From the human T2T-CHM13v2.0 reference genome, Homo sapiens: a stretch of DNA of 64,000 nucleotides. The notes below the pieces were generated by a model that saw only the letters and a program-made list of their open reading frames with translations, had not been told where the DNA came from and searched no databases. Position numbers and translations under genes: made by a program. Location of the stretch: assembly GCF_009914755.1 (NCBI RefSeq), contig NC_060925.1; one strand, 5' to 3'. This document shows positions 1 to 14,030 of the stretch, piece by piece (positions within the stretch are counted from its first letter, which is position 1; each line of letters opens with the position of its first letter).

Positions 1-838
1 ACTAGATGAGAGGAGAATAATAAGAGCTTGCATTCATCGAGTGCCTGCTGTTGCCAGGCACCTTGCATGGCCTCACTGATCATCACAAAAAACCTACAAG
101 GTAGAAGATGTTTCCAGATGAGGACGCCGAGGCTGGGAGGGATGACTGTCACAAGGGCAGAGCAGGGGCGCTGAGCACACAGTGGGCACTCAGGGACCCA
201 GGGCTGTGTAAGAGACATTGCCAAGGTCGCCTCTACTCCTGAAAACCCCATGATTGAGACCCTGTCCCTCTACTTTTCACAGTGACCAGGCCAGGGAGGA
301 GTGAGTTTTGCAGATGTTCAAAGACAGAACATAAAACCTGAAGGTGTCCCTCTTTATATTCTGAGTTTTCAAAAGGTGCATATTCCATTCATTAGATTAT
401 AGTTTATGATATTTGGTTCATAAGAGTATACTGATTTTTATTTACAAGTAAACCTATTTTTTTACTGTGTTGTATATGTGACATAGAAGTTACCATTTTA
501 ATCATTTTTAAGGGTATGGTTCAGCAGCATTGAGTAAATTCATGTTCTTGGGCAAACATCACCACCATCCATTTCCAGAAATTTTTCATCTTCCCAAACT
601 GAAACTCTGTACCCATTAAACAATAAATCCCCATTCTCTCCCTGGTCCCAGCTCCTGGAAACCACCATTCTACTTTCTGTCTCTGAATTTGACTCCTCTG
701 TGTGCTTCACATAAGCGGAATCATACAGTATTTGTCTTTTTGTGACTGGCTTATCTCACTTAACATAGCATCTTCAAGATTCATCAATTTTGTAGCACGT
801 GTTAGAATGTCCTTTCTTTTTAAGACTGAATAATATTC

Positions 839-840
<2 letters not shown>

Positions 841-875
<35 letters not shown>

Positions 876-888
876 GACATACACACAT
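841..888. repeat. (TA)n(CA)n microsatellite
   Basis: atatatatat acacacacac... seen directly. Confidence 0.95.
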
Positions 889-1183
889 ATGCCACATTTT
901 GTTTATCCATTCCTCTGCGGATGGACACTTGATCCTACCTTTTGGCTATTGTGCATAATGCTGCTACAAACATGGGTATACAAATATCTTTTTGGAACCC
1001 AGCTTTCAATTCATCTGAGTGAACTGAAGAATCCCACAAGTGGAATTATTGAATCATACAGTGTTCTACTTTTAATTTTTTGAGGAATTGCCATACTGTT
1101 TTCCATAGTGGCTGCACGATTTCACATGCATACCAGCAATATACAAGGTTTCCAGCTTCTCTAAGTATTTGCTAACACTCGTT

Positions 1184-1265
1184 TTCTCTCCCTTCCTTCC
1201 TTCCCTTCTTCCTTCCCTCCCTCCTTTTCCTTCCTTCCCTCCTCCCTTCCCTTCCTTCTTCCCCT
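1184..1265. repeat. CT-rich (CCTT)n simple repeat
   Basis: ccttccttccttcccttctt... pure pyrimidine tract. Confidence 0.9.
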
Positions 1266-1451
1266 ATTCCCTTCTTTTGATAGCAGCCATCCTAATGTGT
1301 GTGATGTGATATCTCATTGTAGTCTTGATTTGTATTTCCCTAATAATTAGTGATGTTGAGCATATTTTAATACGTTTCTTGGCCATTTGTATCTCTTCTT
1401 TGAAGAAATCACTTCTATTCAAGTCATTGGCCCATTTAAAAATCAAGTTAT

Positions 1452-1764
<313 letters not shown>

Positions 1765-2065
1765 TCAAGTTATTTGTTTTTTGTAGAAGTTCTTTACATA
1801 TTCTGGATATTAGCCCCTATCAGATATATGATTTGCAAACATTTTCCCCCATTCCATGGGTTGCCTTTTCACTTCGTTGATGTGTGTCATTTCATGCACA
1901 AAGGTTTTAAGTTTTGATGTAGTCCCATTTATCTATTTTTCCCTTTGTTTCTTGTGCTTTTGGTGTCATATCAAGGAGACCTCACCAAATCTAATATTAT
2001 GAAGATCTTAAACATTAAATTTTGAACCAGTTTTCCTTCCCAACTACTAAGCGATTCCTTACAAC

Positions 2066-2367
2066 TTTCTTTCTTTCTTTCGAGACAGGGTCTTGCTCTG
2101 TTGCCCAGGCTGGAGTGCAGTGGTGCTATCTTGGCTCACTGCAGCCTCTACTTCCCTGGCTCAAGCAATCCTCCCTCAGCCTCAGCCTCCTGAGTAGCTG
2201 GGATTACAGGCATGCACCACCACCCCTGGCTAATTTTTGTATTTTTTTCTGGAGACAGGGTCTCACCATGTTGCCCAGGCTGGTCTTGAACTCCTGGGCT
2301 CAAGTGATCCACCTGCCTCTGCCTCTGGAAGTGGTAGGATTACAGGTATGAGCCACAGTGCCCAGCA
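2066..2367 (-). mobile_element. AluJ
   Basis: gagacagggtcttgctctgttgcccaggctggagtgcagtgg...ctcaagcaatcc...gtgcccagc (J-type diagnostics). Confidence 0.92.
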
Positions 2368-3024
2368 CAAACTGTATTTACAAAGCAAATCAATCACGAT
2401 CTCAAGATGTGTGACCTGGTGCTAATGCCTCATTGTCCTGCAGAGGGCTCGTGTTCTGTATGTCCATCTTCGTCATCCCATTTTAGGACTGCCCTGTCCA
2501 GTCTTGGTGCCTAGGTATTGTGTGGTGGTGGGGACAGAGCTGGAAGGGACCTGTTTCCTACCAGAGAAACTTCTCACCCCATCCTCCTCTCTCCCACTCT
2601 GCTTTCCTCTTCTTTTTACCTCCCTACCTGAAAAATACTCTGAAATGGGATTTAGGACCTGTCTGCTAACCCCACTTCCCTGCAGCCCCCAGTGAATCTG
2701 GATCCATTTGCCTGTTTCCCGGGGCAGGGCCCTAGGCTGTGAGTAACCGGCTCTCTCCCTGTCTAGTTTCCACCTTCTTCCTCTGGACATGCGGGGTGGC
2801 ATGTGTCAAATTTATAAATATGGTTTTGGAGAGGCCTTTGGATTATCTCAATCTTTAAAATCTTTTTATTTAGACATAATTTCAAACTTGCAGAAAGAGT
2901 TCCTACATACCTTAACCCAAATATCAGAAATGTTGACACCTCACCACATTTGCATTATTTTTCTGTCCGCTATTCCTCCCTCTCCCCTTCCCCTCTGCTT
3001 TTCTCTCTCTCACTCTCTCTAGGT

Positions 3025-3526
<502 letters not shown>

Positions 3527-4024
3527 TGACATAATACTCTTTACTTCAGTATTCCCCCCAAATCAAGGACATTTTCTTGTAAATATTAACATGAAAATTG
3601 GTACAAATATCGAAGTCAGGAAATTAATATCAGAACAATACTATCATCTGATGTAGACTATTTTGCCAATTGTCCTAATCATGCCCTTTACAGCAAAAGG
3701 AACATTGTTTTGGATTCTCTCTTGACACACAGGCAAGGGTGGGCTAGAGCCATGGCCAGCAGCCAGGAGGCTGGGTAGCCTCGGTCTTCCTCCCCGTGGT
3801 GGAGTCCAGTGGAGGCTCTACACCGCACCCTGGGCGAGAGAGAAAAGCCTGCCTGGTCCCGCTGGCGGCTGCCCAGGAGGAAAGTAGCCTTCATCCCCTG
3901 CTTTCCACTCGGCACCTTCTCTGCTTCCAGACATCTGCCCCCATCTCCACGGTGCCTGCTGGGCACTGTAGCAACAAAAATGCAAGTGTCAGCTCCGGCT
4001 TTGTGTTGTCACCATCCAGGGCCC

Positions 4025-4255
4025 TCATTCTAGAGTCATGCTACCTGAGTCTGAATCCTGGGCCTGCCCCTTACTGACTGTGTGATCTTGGGCAGGTTAT
4101 TGAACTGATCTGTGCTTCGGTTCCCTTAAAATGAGACAGATAGTACCTCATTTACAGGATTGTGGTGGTGTGTGGCTGGGAAGAAGTGATTTTATACATG
4201 TAAAGGGCTTAGGATGCTGCCTGGTCAGTGGCCATGCTTGCCAACATTCATTGTT
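4025..4255 (+). mobile_element. MIR
   Basis: MIR core: ctgaatcctgg...actgtgtgatcttgggcaggttattgaac...ctgtgcttcggttccc. Confidence 0.75.
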
Positions 4256-4597
4256 ATGTGATCAAGCTTGATGCTTTGCTGAGGGGGCAGCTGGATCTCT
4301 CCTCACCACTTCCCAAATTATCTTGAAATGTTAGTGGCAGGAGCATCATGAAACTGATGTCTAGTCCTCTAGTTGGGAGCATCAAAGAGGGTCCAGACTA
4401 GGGGGAGGAGGATCTCCCAGGGGTCATCTCATCTCTCACTCTGTATCTAAGTCAGCATCTCAGTGTTACCTTGATCAGTGCAGCACCTGTCAGCTGAGTT
4501 TCCCGGCTAGATCTGCCTAGGGATGTGCTAGATGCTCCCCAGGACTAGCCCCATTATATCCCTTCTAGCCAGCTGTTCTGAAATTTATACCTGGGGT

Positions 4598-5145
4598 TTG
4601 TTTTAATTAGGTATGGTAGGACATGCAGACATGGACATGATTGTCATGAAGGAAGAAGTTTATACTTACAGACCCCTAGACATAGGAGGCATGTAGGGCC
4701 ACATTGGGAAGCACTGGGGTCAGTCAGGAGGTGGAGGTTGGGGAGGAGTTGTCTGGGGTGGTCAAGGGAAAGGAAATTGTGACATAGAGCCTTTATTGCA
4801 TTATTACATGAAGGAATGGGTGACACAGGGTAGGTATTCTGAGTAAGCTTAGAATTGTATAGTTTGAGTAATTTCAGCGGACTCTGGGCTGGAGGAGTGG
4901 TATTTGACCCTGGGGTGGTTTAGGGCAGGGAGAAAATTGGCTTGCTTTTTGAGAGTTTGATAAAGGAGAGGGTTGGGGGTGTGGGCTGTGGGTGGGTTGG
5001 TTCGTATATCAAAGACAGGCTCACAGGGGAGTCTTTCGCCATGCCTAGGAATTAGCTAGTCCTGTGAGGGCAGTCTCTCAAGGATCAAGGCCCCAGATGC
5101 CAGAGCATCAAGAATATGGAAAATCAGAGAACATGATCAATATAC
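4598..5145 (-). mobile_element. ERVL-class solo LTR (MER74/MER73/MER54 group)
   Basis: Reverse complement begins ...ttttccatattcttgatgctctggcatctggggccttg, as recalled for this LTR group; minus-strand AATAAA at ~4792. Confidence 0.6.
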
Positions 5146-5769
5146 CAGCTCATCCCTGGATGAAGCTCCCTGCCTTTCCTCATACAGGCGAGTGCTCTAC
5201 TCTCCCTTCCCCAGTAGCACTGGTCCGTAAGCCAAGGAAAGGACTCATGCATTGAATTATACTTAGTTGCCTACACGTTTGTGTGTTCCACTGGACTACA
5301 AGCTCCCTGAGGGCAGGGAGAGGAGCTTACTCACCTCTACATGCTCAGTGCTTGGCACAAGGGCCAAGTGACCTCATTGGCAGAGGAGGAGGTGCTGCTG
5401 TGGTGGGCCACAGGCCACTGACTGTCCATATGTGGGTCACGTGGGCACTTACTCCCTGATTTCAGCCACTGGAGACCTCTTTTGGGAAGGAAGTCCCATG
5501 GCCTCATTTGCTTACTTCTGTATATAGCTGTTGAGTGAATGGGAGGATGAATTTAACATTTACTGAGTGCTTATTTTAGGTCAGGCATTGTTCTAGGTGT
5601 TTAGAGTTACAGAGAAAATTCAGACAAAATTCCTGCCCTAGAGTTCTTAGTCCAGAGGGAGGCTGATGTGTAAGCCATCACTGAGCAGTGAGATAAGCAC
5701 TCTGAGAACATCCCAGACCGAGGAGCAAACTGCGCTGGTGGTGGAGTGGGTGGTTACTGCAGACAATGT

Positions 5770-6133
5770 GGGTGGGCTCAACAGAACCTGATTGTCTGCT
5801 TCCACTATACAGACAAAAAAGTGCAATCCTCAATTTTCCGGCCTACCTTGTAGCTGGGAGCTATAAAATGAAGTTCATCAGGCATGAGCGGTCTGCTGGT
5901 ACTGCTTCTTCCCGCTTCCCCTTCTTCTTGCTTTGGGATGGGATGCGATGTTTGCTGCTGTAACAGCCATTTGCAGCCATAAGGAAAAGGCCAAATGAAT
6001 TGCAGTGGTGTCCATTGAACCAATTCTGTATTTTTCTGGACTTCTTGTTTTGTGAGAAAAATAAACTGCTATTTAAACCACTGTAGTCAGATTTTCAATT
6101 ACTTGCAGCCAAACCCATTCCTAATTGATCTCA
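5770..6133 (+). mobile_element. Old MaLR LTR (MLT1J/K/L-like)
   Basis: 3' end ctggacttcttgttttgtgagaaaaataaac...tttaaaccactg...ttacttgcagccaaacccattcctaattga. Confidence 0.6.
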
Positions 6134-6170
6134 TAGGAGATATAAGAAAAGGCTTCACACAGGACATATC

Positions 6171-6327
6171 ATTTTCTAAAATTATTTCTTTATTTATTTA
6201 CAACAGAGATGGGGTCTCATTATGTTTCTCAGGCTGGTCTTGAACTCCTGGGCTCAAGTGATCCTCCTGCCTCAGTCTCTCAAATTGTTGGGATTACAGA
6301 TGTGAGCCACTGAGCCCATGCCCAGCC
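6171..6327 (-). mobile_element. Free left Alu monomer (FLAM-like)
   Basis: Single Alu arm (gagatggggtctc...gcccagcc); TSD aggacatatc at 6161 and 6331. Confidence 0.85.
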
Positions 6328-7477
6328 CATAGGACATATCTTTTGAGCAGAATCTTGAAGAAGATGGGTAGGCAGAAAATAGAGAGAAGGGCATTTGGGC
6401 AGAGGTATAGCATAGGTAAAAGCACAGTGAGGGGAGAAGTTGCATGTCACGTTGAAACACATCAAAAAGTATTAGGTAAGTTTCTCCAAGATGGAGAGAG
6501 GTGGGGAGGGTGTTCCAATCTCAATGAAGCACTGAGCAGAGTGTGGAGACAGGATCATGCATGTCATGATTGAGGCATGGTGAGTGTTTGTGCCTGGTTC
6601 CTGTTTGGGAAGCTGCAGAGATGAGGCTGGGAAAGTGGATGGGGCCAGACTCCTGGTGGTCAGGAGCTTGGTCTGCAGGTCTCTGCTGGTAAAGGCTCCT
6701 GAACTGGGAGTGGCCTGATGAGGTCCTGGTTGACCAGCCTATGGGCTTCTGTCTGCTGGGTGCCGCCCTCCCTGCCCAGAGGCCTGCATGGTAGTTGTGG
6801 TAATTGCCTCTTCTCCTTCCTTCTATCCCCCTCTCCCTTCCCATTCAGGAACCAGGAATAGGTTTCACTATTGCTGTTTCTCAGAACTAATAATATGCTC
6901 TTCCATGAGCAGGGTGGGGCCCACGCCCCATTCTTTCTCCCAAGAGGACCTGGCAATTCCATCATGCATTGGGCAGAGGTTTCCAGGACTCAGGCCACTT
7001 AATGCAGAACAAATAACTGTGCAGGTATGGAGGCTGGGAGTTATTCTCACCTAAATGTTCTGCTGACCTCAGCACGTGGACGGGCCATTACACCACGCAC
7101 AGTGGCCATTTTGTGGGGAGGAAGAAGAAGGGTGGGGATTTCTACAAATGTGCGGGGCGACGTTTGTTAGGTCTCCACCTCCTGGGGTCTCTTCCACTTG
7201 AGCAATTGCTCTCTATTTGTCCTACAGCAAATGCCCCAGGGCCCCTTAGTCTTCTTCAGGCTCTGGGGCTTTTCAAGTGTGGACATGATTCAGTCATCTT
7301 TTGCTGAATTGCAGAATTCTAAAAATTCTAAAAAGTGTTTAGAAAAGCCACGATAAGATTTCATCACTGGTTACCTGGTGCTGGAGGGGGATGACTCCCC
7401 TTGGTCTAGATTCCTTGAGCCTGGGGACTGACCCACAAAGTGGCTATAACAAATCAGTGCCCAGGGACACCCTGTTT

Positions 7478-7978
7478 TGTTAGCAGTGGTAGTTATCTGT
7501 ACAGGTCTGCAGCAACCTCAATTCTTGTCTACCCAGAAAAAAGAATTCAAGTGAGGGGCAAAAGAGCAGAAGGAGAGACCAAGGCAGTTTTAGAGTAGGA
7601 GTGAAAGTTTATTAAAAAGCTTTAGTGCCGTAAGGAAAGGAAGGAAAGTACTCTTGGAAGAGGGCCAAACAGGCGACTTGAGACCAAGTGCGTGGCTTGA
7701 CCTCGTGACTCGGGGTTTTATACATTGGCATACTTCTGGGATCTTGCATTATTTCTCCCGACTCCTGAGATCTTATTGGGAAGCTGCTGATCACCAGTTC
7801 CAGGTGTTTTCTATCTACTAGGAGACTGCCTTTTGCTGGTGCTGGCTGTGACCAATTATTACTTTAGAGAGACAGTTAACAACCGCCTGACCATCACCTG
7901 ATGGTCACCAAACACTCCTGACGTGTGTGTGGAGAGTCTTCTGCTGTACTCATACATGGCTAGCTACCTACTGTAACA
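7478..7978 (-). mobile_element. ERV1 solo LTR (MER31-like)
   Basis: TG..CA termini (tgttagca...ctgtaaca); minus strand starts tgttacagtaggtagctag; minus-strand AATAAA at 7608-7613. Confidence 0.75.
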
Positions 7979-10900
7979 CCTTGACATAAGCGTCTGATCT
8001 CCACTCAGATATGAGCATCAATAAAGATAATTCAAGTCAATTTATTGAGCATCTTCTATGCATTTGCTATGGACACAGAGACTAGGGAGCCCACCATCGG
8101 ATGGGAGATGGAAGGATCTAATGTGTGACCCCACTGTGAAAAGTACTTCAGGAGGAAGTCCAAAGGGATGATGCCGCATGCTGGAGGGGGCCAGGTGGCA
8201 GGGGAGTATAGCCCCTGGGAGTGCATGTGTGACCATCCTGGGCTCAAGTCCTGGGTCGACTGCAAAGCGGTGTGACCTTGAGCAAGTTACTTCTCCATGT
8301 CTCATTTTCCTCTTCCAAAGGCTTGAGGCAGAGATACTGAGAGGGTCATGTAAGGATCAAAGATAAGAGTATCAAGTGCTGGCATGTGTTTGGCTTTCTA
8401 CAAATGTGACTCACAGATGACTACAGTTGTGTGACTCTGAATGACTCAGTTCAATCCCTGGTTCTATTTCCTTATCTGTAAAATGTGAGATTTACAAGCT
8501 CATGGTGCTAGTCCAAATCTCAGGTGTGCACAGAGCAGCAGGTCTTTTCGTTTTCTGTAAATCAGTTGAATTTCTGCAGTGTGCCCCCATCTTTCAAGAG
8601 CACAGAAAGAGGTGGCTGAGTCTGGCATCCAGGGCCATTGTCCAGGAGAGTTCGCTGCTGAGTCAGGCTGGTGGTGCATCCCTCCCTTCCTCCCCCACTG
8701 GCCCTCCTGCCTATCCCTGCCTTCCTCCCTAAGGTTGAGAGGAAAATTAATCTTGGTCATTTTTGTCAATGCCCCATTGTTGTGCTTTGATCCAGGTGAC
8801 TCTCCAGCATGCCAGGTCTTTCTTGTCCCTGCCCCAGCCCCCGTTGCTTCCATGCCCTGTCTGGGCCAACCTAATCTTCTGGAAGCTGCCTTAGTCATAT
8901 TCCCCCAGACAGGCCACACAGCCACCCTTCTCTGGGCTTGCCACTTCCCGGGGCTACCACCAGGGAGCAGGGCTCAAGGCCCTGCCACTTGAGGCCTGCC
9001 TGTCTCTCTTGCTTCTTCCTTCTGCATCCTCCAAGGAGCCTTGGGTTCTCATATGGGCTTAGGTTTCAGGCAACAGTGCCCTGAAAACCCTGCAGGTGAC
9101 TTCTGTTTCTGCTCTGCACACACCTTTTGTGAGGCAAAGAAAGGCAGAGCAGGCTTTTCCTTTCATGAGATAAAGAGAAAGCAGAAAACAGACTTTCTAC
9201 ATACGTAACACTCTCAGAATATTATTCAGCCCACTAAAAATCTATAATATTTATGGTATATTTACTTAGTGTCAGACACTATGCATTTACTCCTTTAAAA
9301 ATCTCCATTTCACAGGTGAGCAAACAGAAGTTTAGAATGCTTAACTAAGTTTCCAAGGCACCCAGCTAATAAAAAGTGGAGCTGGAATATAAACTTGGGT
9401 CTCTTTGACTCTTTTTAATTCTATCACATGACCTACCCTCCACCCTAAAAGCTTTTTGCAGTTCTTGGCCTGCCGGGATAAGCTCTCCTAATGCTTCATG
9501 CCCTCTGGGTCAGGGTTCCTAATAGTGTGTACTTGAATGCTGTTAGACTGACTCCAATCTTGTGAACAAACACAGAGCAACCAGTGCTAAGGGATCTTTG
9601 ATTCTTGGCTTTGAGAGTCACCTTCCAGTGGAAGAGTTGGCTGAGCCTGATGTCCAGGGTCATTGTTCAGGAGACTTTGTTGCTGGGTTCAGGTTGGATC
9701 ACTGGTGACACGAGGCAAAGTGGTGCAGCCCTTCTTCCTCCTGATCTTGCTAATCCCAGAGAGCCCTAGCCCTAGATGCGGCAGACAGGGCCCATTGCAC
9801 ATGGATATTACTATCCTGAGGGGTGCCAAGAGGTGGGGAGGAGTGAGCTTGAAGCAGAGCTGCCTCCACACCTGATTTTGTAAACAACTGGGCCCTGTGG
9901 TGTAGTGTGCATTGTGTTAGACTAGGAGTCTCAGGATAGTTCCAAGCTCTGTCTTCATTACAGGCCAACCCTTTGACCTCTCTGAGCCTCCATCTCCTTG
10001 TCTGCAGGATATCATAAGGATGTCACTTGCTACTTCTCTGGCTGCTTCTCAAAAGTAGTGGCAAGGCCATGCACTCATTCATTTGCTTAACCAAACATTC
10101 CTTGAGCACCTACTATGCATTACGCTTGGTGCTGTGTGGCAGGAAGCACTGCTCAGAGGCAGGGCCATCAGCATGGGGCAGGGCGCAGCGCCTGGCAGGG
10201 CGGCCACCTCGGGGAAGAAATCAGGAAGCAAGTTGTGCTATTTAGCGTTGACTTTGATTTCTGCTCCCGGCATCTGGGGAGGGTGGGTGCCACAAGACAG
10301 CTGGATGTGTTTGTGGCCACTTCCCAGGGCATGAGGAGCGGCAGTGTCCTGGCCTTTTGGGGACCTGGCCTTCGGCTTTGTGAAGGGATGCGGCAGGGTG
10401 GGAGGCATTGCCATGGTGGGGATCAGATCTCACCACATTCCTCATTCTGTTACAAAACATCAGTTCTCTTTACTGGCCTTCTGAGGCTCCCTCCTGAGGT
10501 TCCCTCCTGAGGCCCCTGCAAATCAAATGTATGCAACTCCAGAGCCTGTCCCTCTCCATGGCACCGGTGTTTCTGCTGCCACCACATGCCAGCCTCTTTG
10601 GCTGCTCCTGCCTACCCTTTCTTACATCCCCACCAGGCCTCCTTCTCCACGTGGACATCTGTCCTGCCAGGCATTGGGCAGCTGGCACTCCCACTCTCCC
10701 ATGGACCTGAAGCCCTTGCCTTCCTATTTTGCCCACCTTACCCTTACACAGTCCTGATTTGCCAGCGTTAGCCTCCCCTGGTCCTTGGAACATGATCTTC
10801 TCCACCAGCTTCATGGCCACAGCCTTTGTTTTCCTTCTTATCCTGACTCTCTCTCTGGCTACAAGCCTCAGAGAATCTCTGGCCTAGACTCCAGGGGCCT

Positions 10901-11624
10901 CTACTCAACACATCCCCTGCACATGTGCTTCTGAGGGGCTGTCTCTGTACACTCCAATGGGACTCAGAGGCTGAGTCCTGGCCTAAGCTGTTCCCTACCG
11001 TATCACTGCCATATTTCCCTTCTTCTTCTATGTGGGGGCACTTGTCTGCCTTCCTGGTTCAGCCCTGCCCCGTTCTTCCAATGCCAGTGTGATCTGGCAT
11101 CGATTTACCCCTCCCCTCCTCAGCACCCTTCCACCGTGGAACAGGGCCTATGTCCCTAGGGGTGCATGTGCCTTGGGCCTGCCTTCTCTCTTAGACTGTG
11201 CTCTGTAGGAGTGGAGGGCACACCTGCTCTGTGCTCTAAACCCCAAGCTCCACTCACGGGGATGACAGAATGAACAATTCCTCTCTGCCGCAGATGCCAC
11301 TTTGAGGGAAGACCGAGTACCCCTGCCACTAGAAAATTGGGCTGGGGGCAGATTCATGGATAGGGCAGGCTATCAGCTTCCAGTGGAGTCAGATCACGGG
11401 AGGGGAGGCAGATAAGGTTGGAGTGGGATCTGTGGGGAACAGGCCTCTTACAGTGCATAAGGTGGAACATGGAACACATTTCTGGCAGTGCCTCCCCTGT
11501 GTTGGCTCGAGAAGTCCCGTCTGCAAGTGGGGAGCAGGTCAGAGAGGCCTATGTTGACATTTCTCAGGCTGAAGACCAGGCATGTATATCCTTCAACTTT
11601 GAAGTCCCTGGAATACAGATATTC

Positions 11625-11737
11625 TGAGACAACACTCAGGATACCTAAGCCCCATGCTGATAAGGGCCACAGATGGCCTCACTCGGTGTGAGTGGTCCTT
11701 ATCAGCATGGGTCTTAGGTATCCTGAGTGTTGTCTCA
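11625..11737. repeat. Long inverted repeat: 46-bp arms, 21-bp spacer
   Basis: 11625-11670 tgagacaacactcaggatacctaagccccatgctgataagggccac versus 11692-11737, whose reverse complement matches at 44/46 positions. Confidence 0.97.
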
Positions 11738-11815
11738 CTGTATTTGTGGAGTGACCTACAGTCAGGAGCTATCTCTGAAGTCTGGGCTTCCAGCCACAGG
11801 ACACCTGGCTCCCTC

Positions 11816-11822
11816 TATAAAG
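11816..11822 (+). promoter_or_regulatory. TATA box of the chymosin pseudogene
   Basis: TATAAAG 55 nt upstream of the signal-peptide ATG (11871). Confidence 0.8.
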
Positions 11823-11870
11823 GCTGTGGAGTGGGCTCTGGCTGGAGCAGTGGCCAGTCTGCAGTCCAGG

Positions 11871-11932
11871 ATGAGGGGCCTTGTGGTATTCCTTGCAGTC
11901 TTTGCTCTCTCTGAGGTCAATGCCATCACCAG
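11871..11932 (+). pseudogene. CYMP: CYMP exon 1 (signal peptide MRGLVVFLAVFALSEVNAIT)
   Basis: Similar to bovine MRCLVVLLAVFALSQGAEITR; donor AG|gtgagt. Confidence 0.95.
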
Positions 11933-12169
11933 GTGAGTGTCAGAGCCCAGGGGAGGGCAAGGGCATCTCATCGTCCTCTCTGGGAGGTCTGTCCTTGGTC
12001 TTCCAGCCATTGGTCCCCCAGGGAGTCTTGGGAGAAGTGCTGCAAGTTCCCAGGGTAACAGCTCCCTGTCAGTCTTGCCTTTGCATGCTGGGACCTTTGC
12101 TTCTGTTTACCCCAGCACTTCACAGTGTGGTGAAAAGAACAGGGAGCCAGATGGGCAACTGGGAGGATA

Positions 12170-12385
12170 GGGCATGGCTCTGGAGTCAAACTACCTGGGG
12201 TTTGATCCCCAGCTCCATCACTAACTTAACTCTCTGTGCCTCAGTTTCCTCCTCTGTTCATAAAATTTGAATAATGGTAGTGTCCATCTCATAGGGATGT
12301 TGTGAGGATTATAGGAGTTAATATTTAAAAAATGCTTCAAACGATGCACACTGTAAGAGCTATGTATGCATTTGTTAAACAAAAT
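12170..12385 (+). mobile_element. MIR in CYMP intron 1
   Basis: ggctctggagtcaaactacctgg...ctctgtgcctcagtttcctcctctg...gttgtgaggatt. Confidence 0.8.
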
Positions 12386-13533
12386 AAAGTTCCCTATTGT
12401 ACTAATCCTTTGTGGGTGAAGATCTCAGGTTCTCCTCCCAAAGTAATAACTGACATTGATTGAGCTGTTTGCTCCTAGGTGCTAGGCACTCCACTAAGCC
12501 ACTAATCCTCATGGATTAAGTACATATTATCATTTGCAATTTACAGATGAGACACTGTTGTTTAGGAAGGGTTCCTAAGGAGGGTCCCTGAGCTGTCCGA
12601 GGCTGCATGGCTAGTAATGGAGGAGCTAGGACTTGGCCTCCGTGGATTTGCACTCTTGCCATCACATCACGTGGTAATCTACAGGTGCTCAGGTTTGAGT
12701 CTGGTCAAGCCCTGAGCACAGAGAAGCCCCGATTACTCCCTGGGAAAGCTGGATCCCAGAAAAGGGGTCAGGGTGCTTTCAACTGGCCCGGAATCTTTGT
12801 GGCAGTCCTGAAAATAAAGTTCCTCCAGGTCCCAGGTGCGCTATCTGCCCCAGCACTTGGGATGTGAACAGCCTGCGAAAATCCATTCTCTCTGTGAGTT
12901 TTAACACTGCTGCCATTTATGGCTCTCAAAGCACATCTCAACAGTCTCACAGAGGAGGACCACGTGATTCTTAGAGGTAAAAGGGACTGTGGGAATCACT
13001 GAGTTCTACTTCTGTCTATAGGAGAGGAAACTAAGGACCAGAGAGGTTAAGCCATAGGGCTAGTCAAACGCAGGGCCAGGAGAATGGCTGGAAAGGAAGG
13101 GGTTAACCTAAGGGAGTTGAAACTCAGAGGGCTTTGGGGAGCCACCCAAGTTGACACAGACAGGGCAGTGCCAGGTCTAGAACCAGTTTCTGCATTTCCT
13201 CTCTTGATCTCTTCACTGTTGATCTGCCTCCATCATCTAAAACTCGAGCTCCCTCAGGAGGCCCCTGTGAGACCAGGCTCTGTGCTGAGAAACCGTTTGA
13301 GAATTTTCCACTCGTCTTAGGGAAAAAGCTATCCAGAGAGCGGAGAAAGGGTATTGACAGAGGGCAGGATCATTGTCGTAGCATTTGTCAGCTTGTGGGA
13401 GACACCGTTTTTCACTGCAGACAGTGGGCTCCCGGCGGGCAGAGACGGTGTCCTTTCCAGTGTTGTGTCCCCTGTGCCCTGTACAGTATCTGGCACAGCA
13501 AGAATTTGGTGACTGAATGAGTGATAATGTGCT

Positions 13534-13738
13534 TAGTGCTTTTCAAACCACGGGTTTCGAAACTTATTAGTGGGTTGCAAAATGCCTCTAATGGGTCTCC
13601 ACCAGCATTAGAAAAAGAGAAAGCAATATAAAATATGAGAGTGCATTGCAGTTAGCAAGGATAGGCATTGATTTTTGAACCGATATAAAATACATTTCTT
13701 ACTTTGAGTTATGATTTAAAAAAAGTTTGAAAGCCCTT
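13534..13738. mobile_element. hAT-Charlie-type non-autonomous DNA element
   Basis: Degenerate TIRs tagtgcttttcaaac ... gtttgaaagccct; internal ttagtgggttgc/ctaatgggtc motifs. Confidence 0.6.
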
Positions 13739-13879
13739 GACCTGGGGTCAGTGGGCCATTGATCAGAAGGCTGGCTGGGAACAGAGTGTACCGAGTGGTT
13801 TATGGAGCCCACTTCTGGGAGGCTGGGCAGCCTGCGGGAGATGCACACCCTCCTTACAAATTCTTCCCCATCTCCTCAG

Positions 13880-14030
13880 GGTTCCTCTGCACAAAGGGAA
13901 GTCGCTGAGGAGGGCCCTGAAGGAGCGCAGGCTCCTGGAGGACTTCCTGAGGAATCACCATTATGCAGTCAGCAGGAAGCACTCCAGCTCTGGGGTGGTG
14001 GCCAGCGAGTCTCTGACCAACTACCTGGAT
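13880..14030 (+). pseudogene. CYMP: CYMP exon 2 (prosegment, VPLHKGKSLRRALKE...LTNYLD)
   Basis: ctcag| acceptor, |gtgagt donor, 151 nt. Confidence 0.95.

Noticed and set aside
7888-7907. Perfect hairpin tgaccatca-cc-tgatggtca
   Set aside because: Lies inside the MER31-like LTR and, as I recall, is intrinsic to that family; short.
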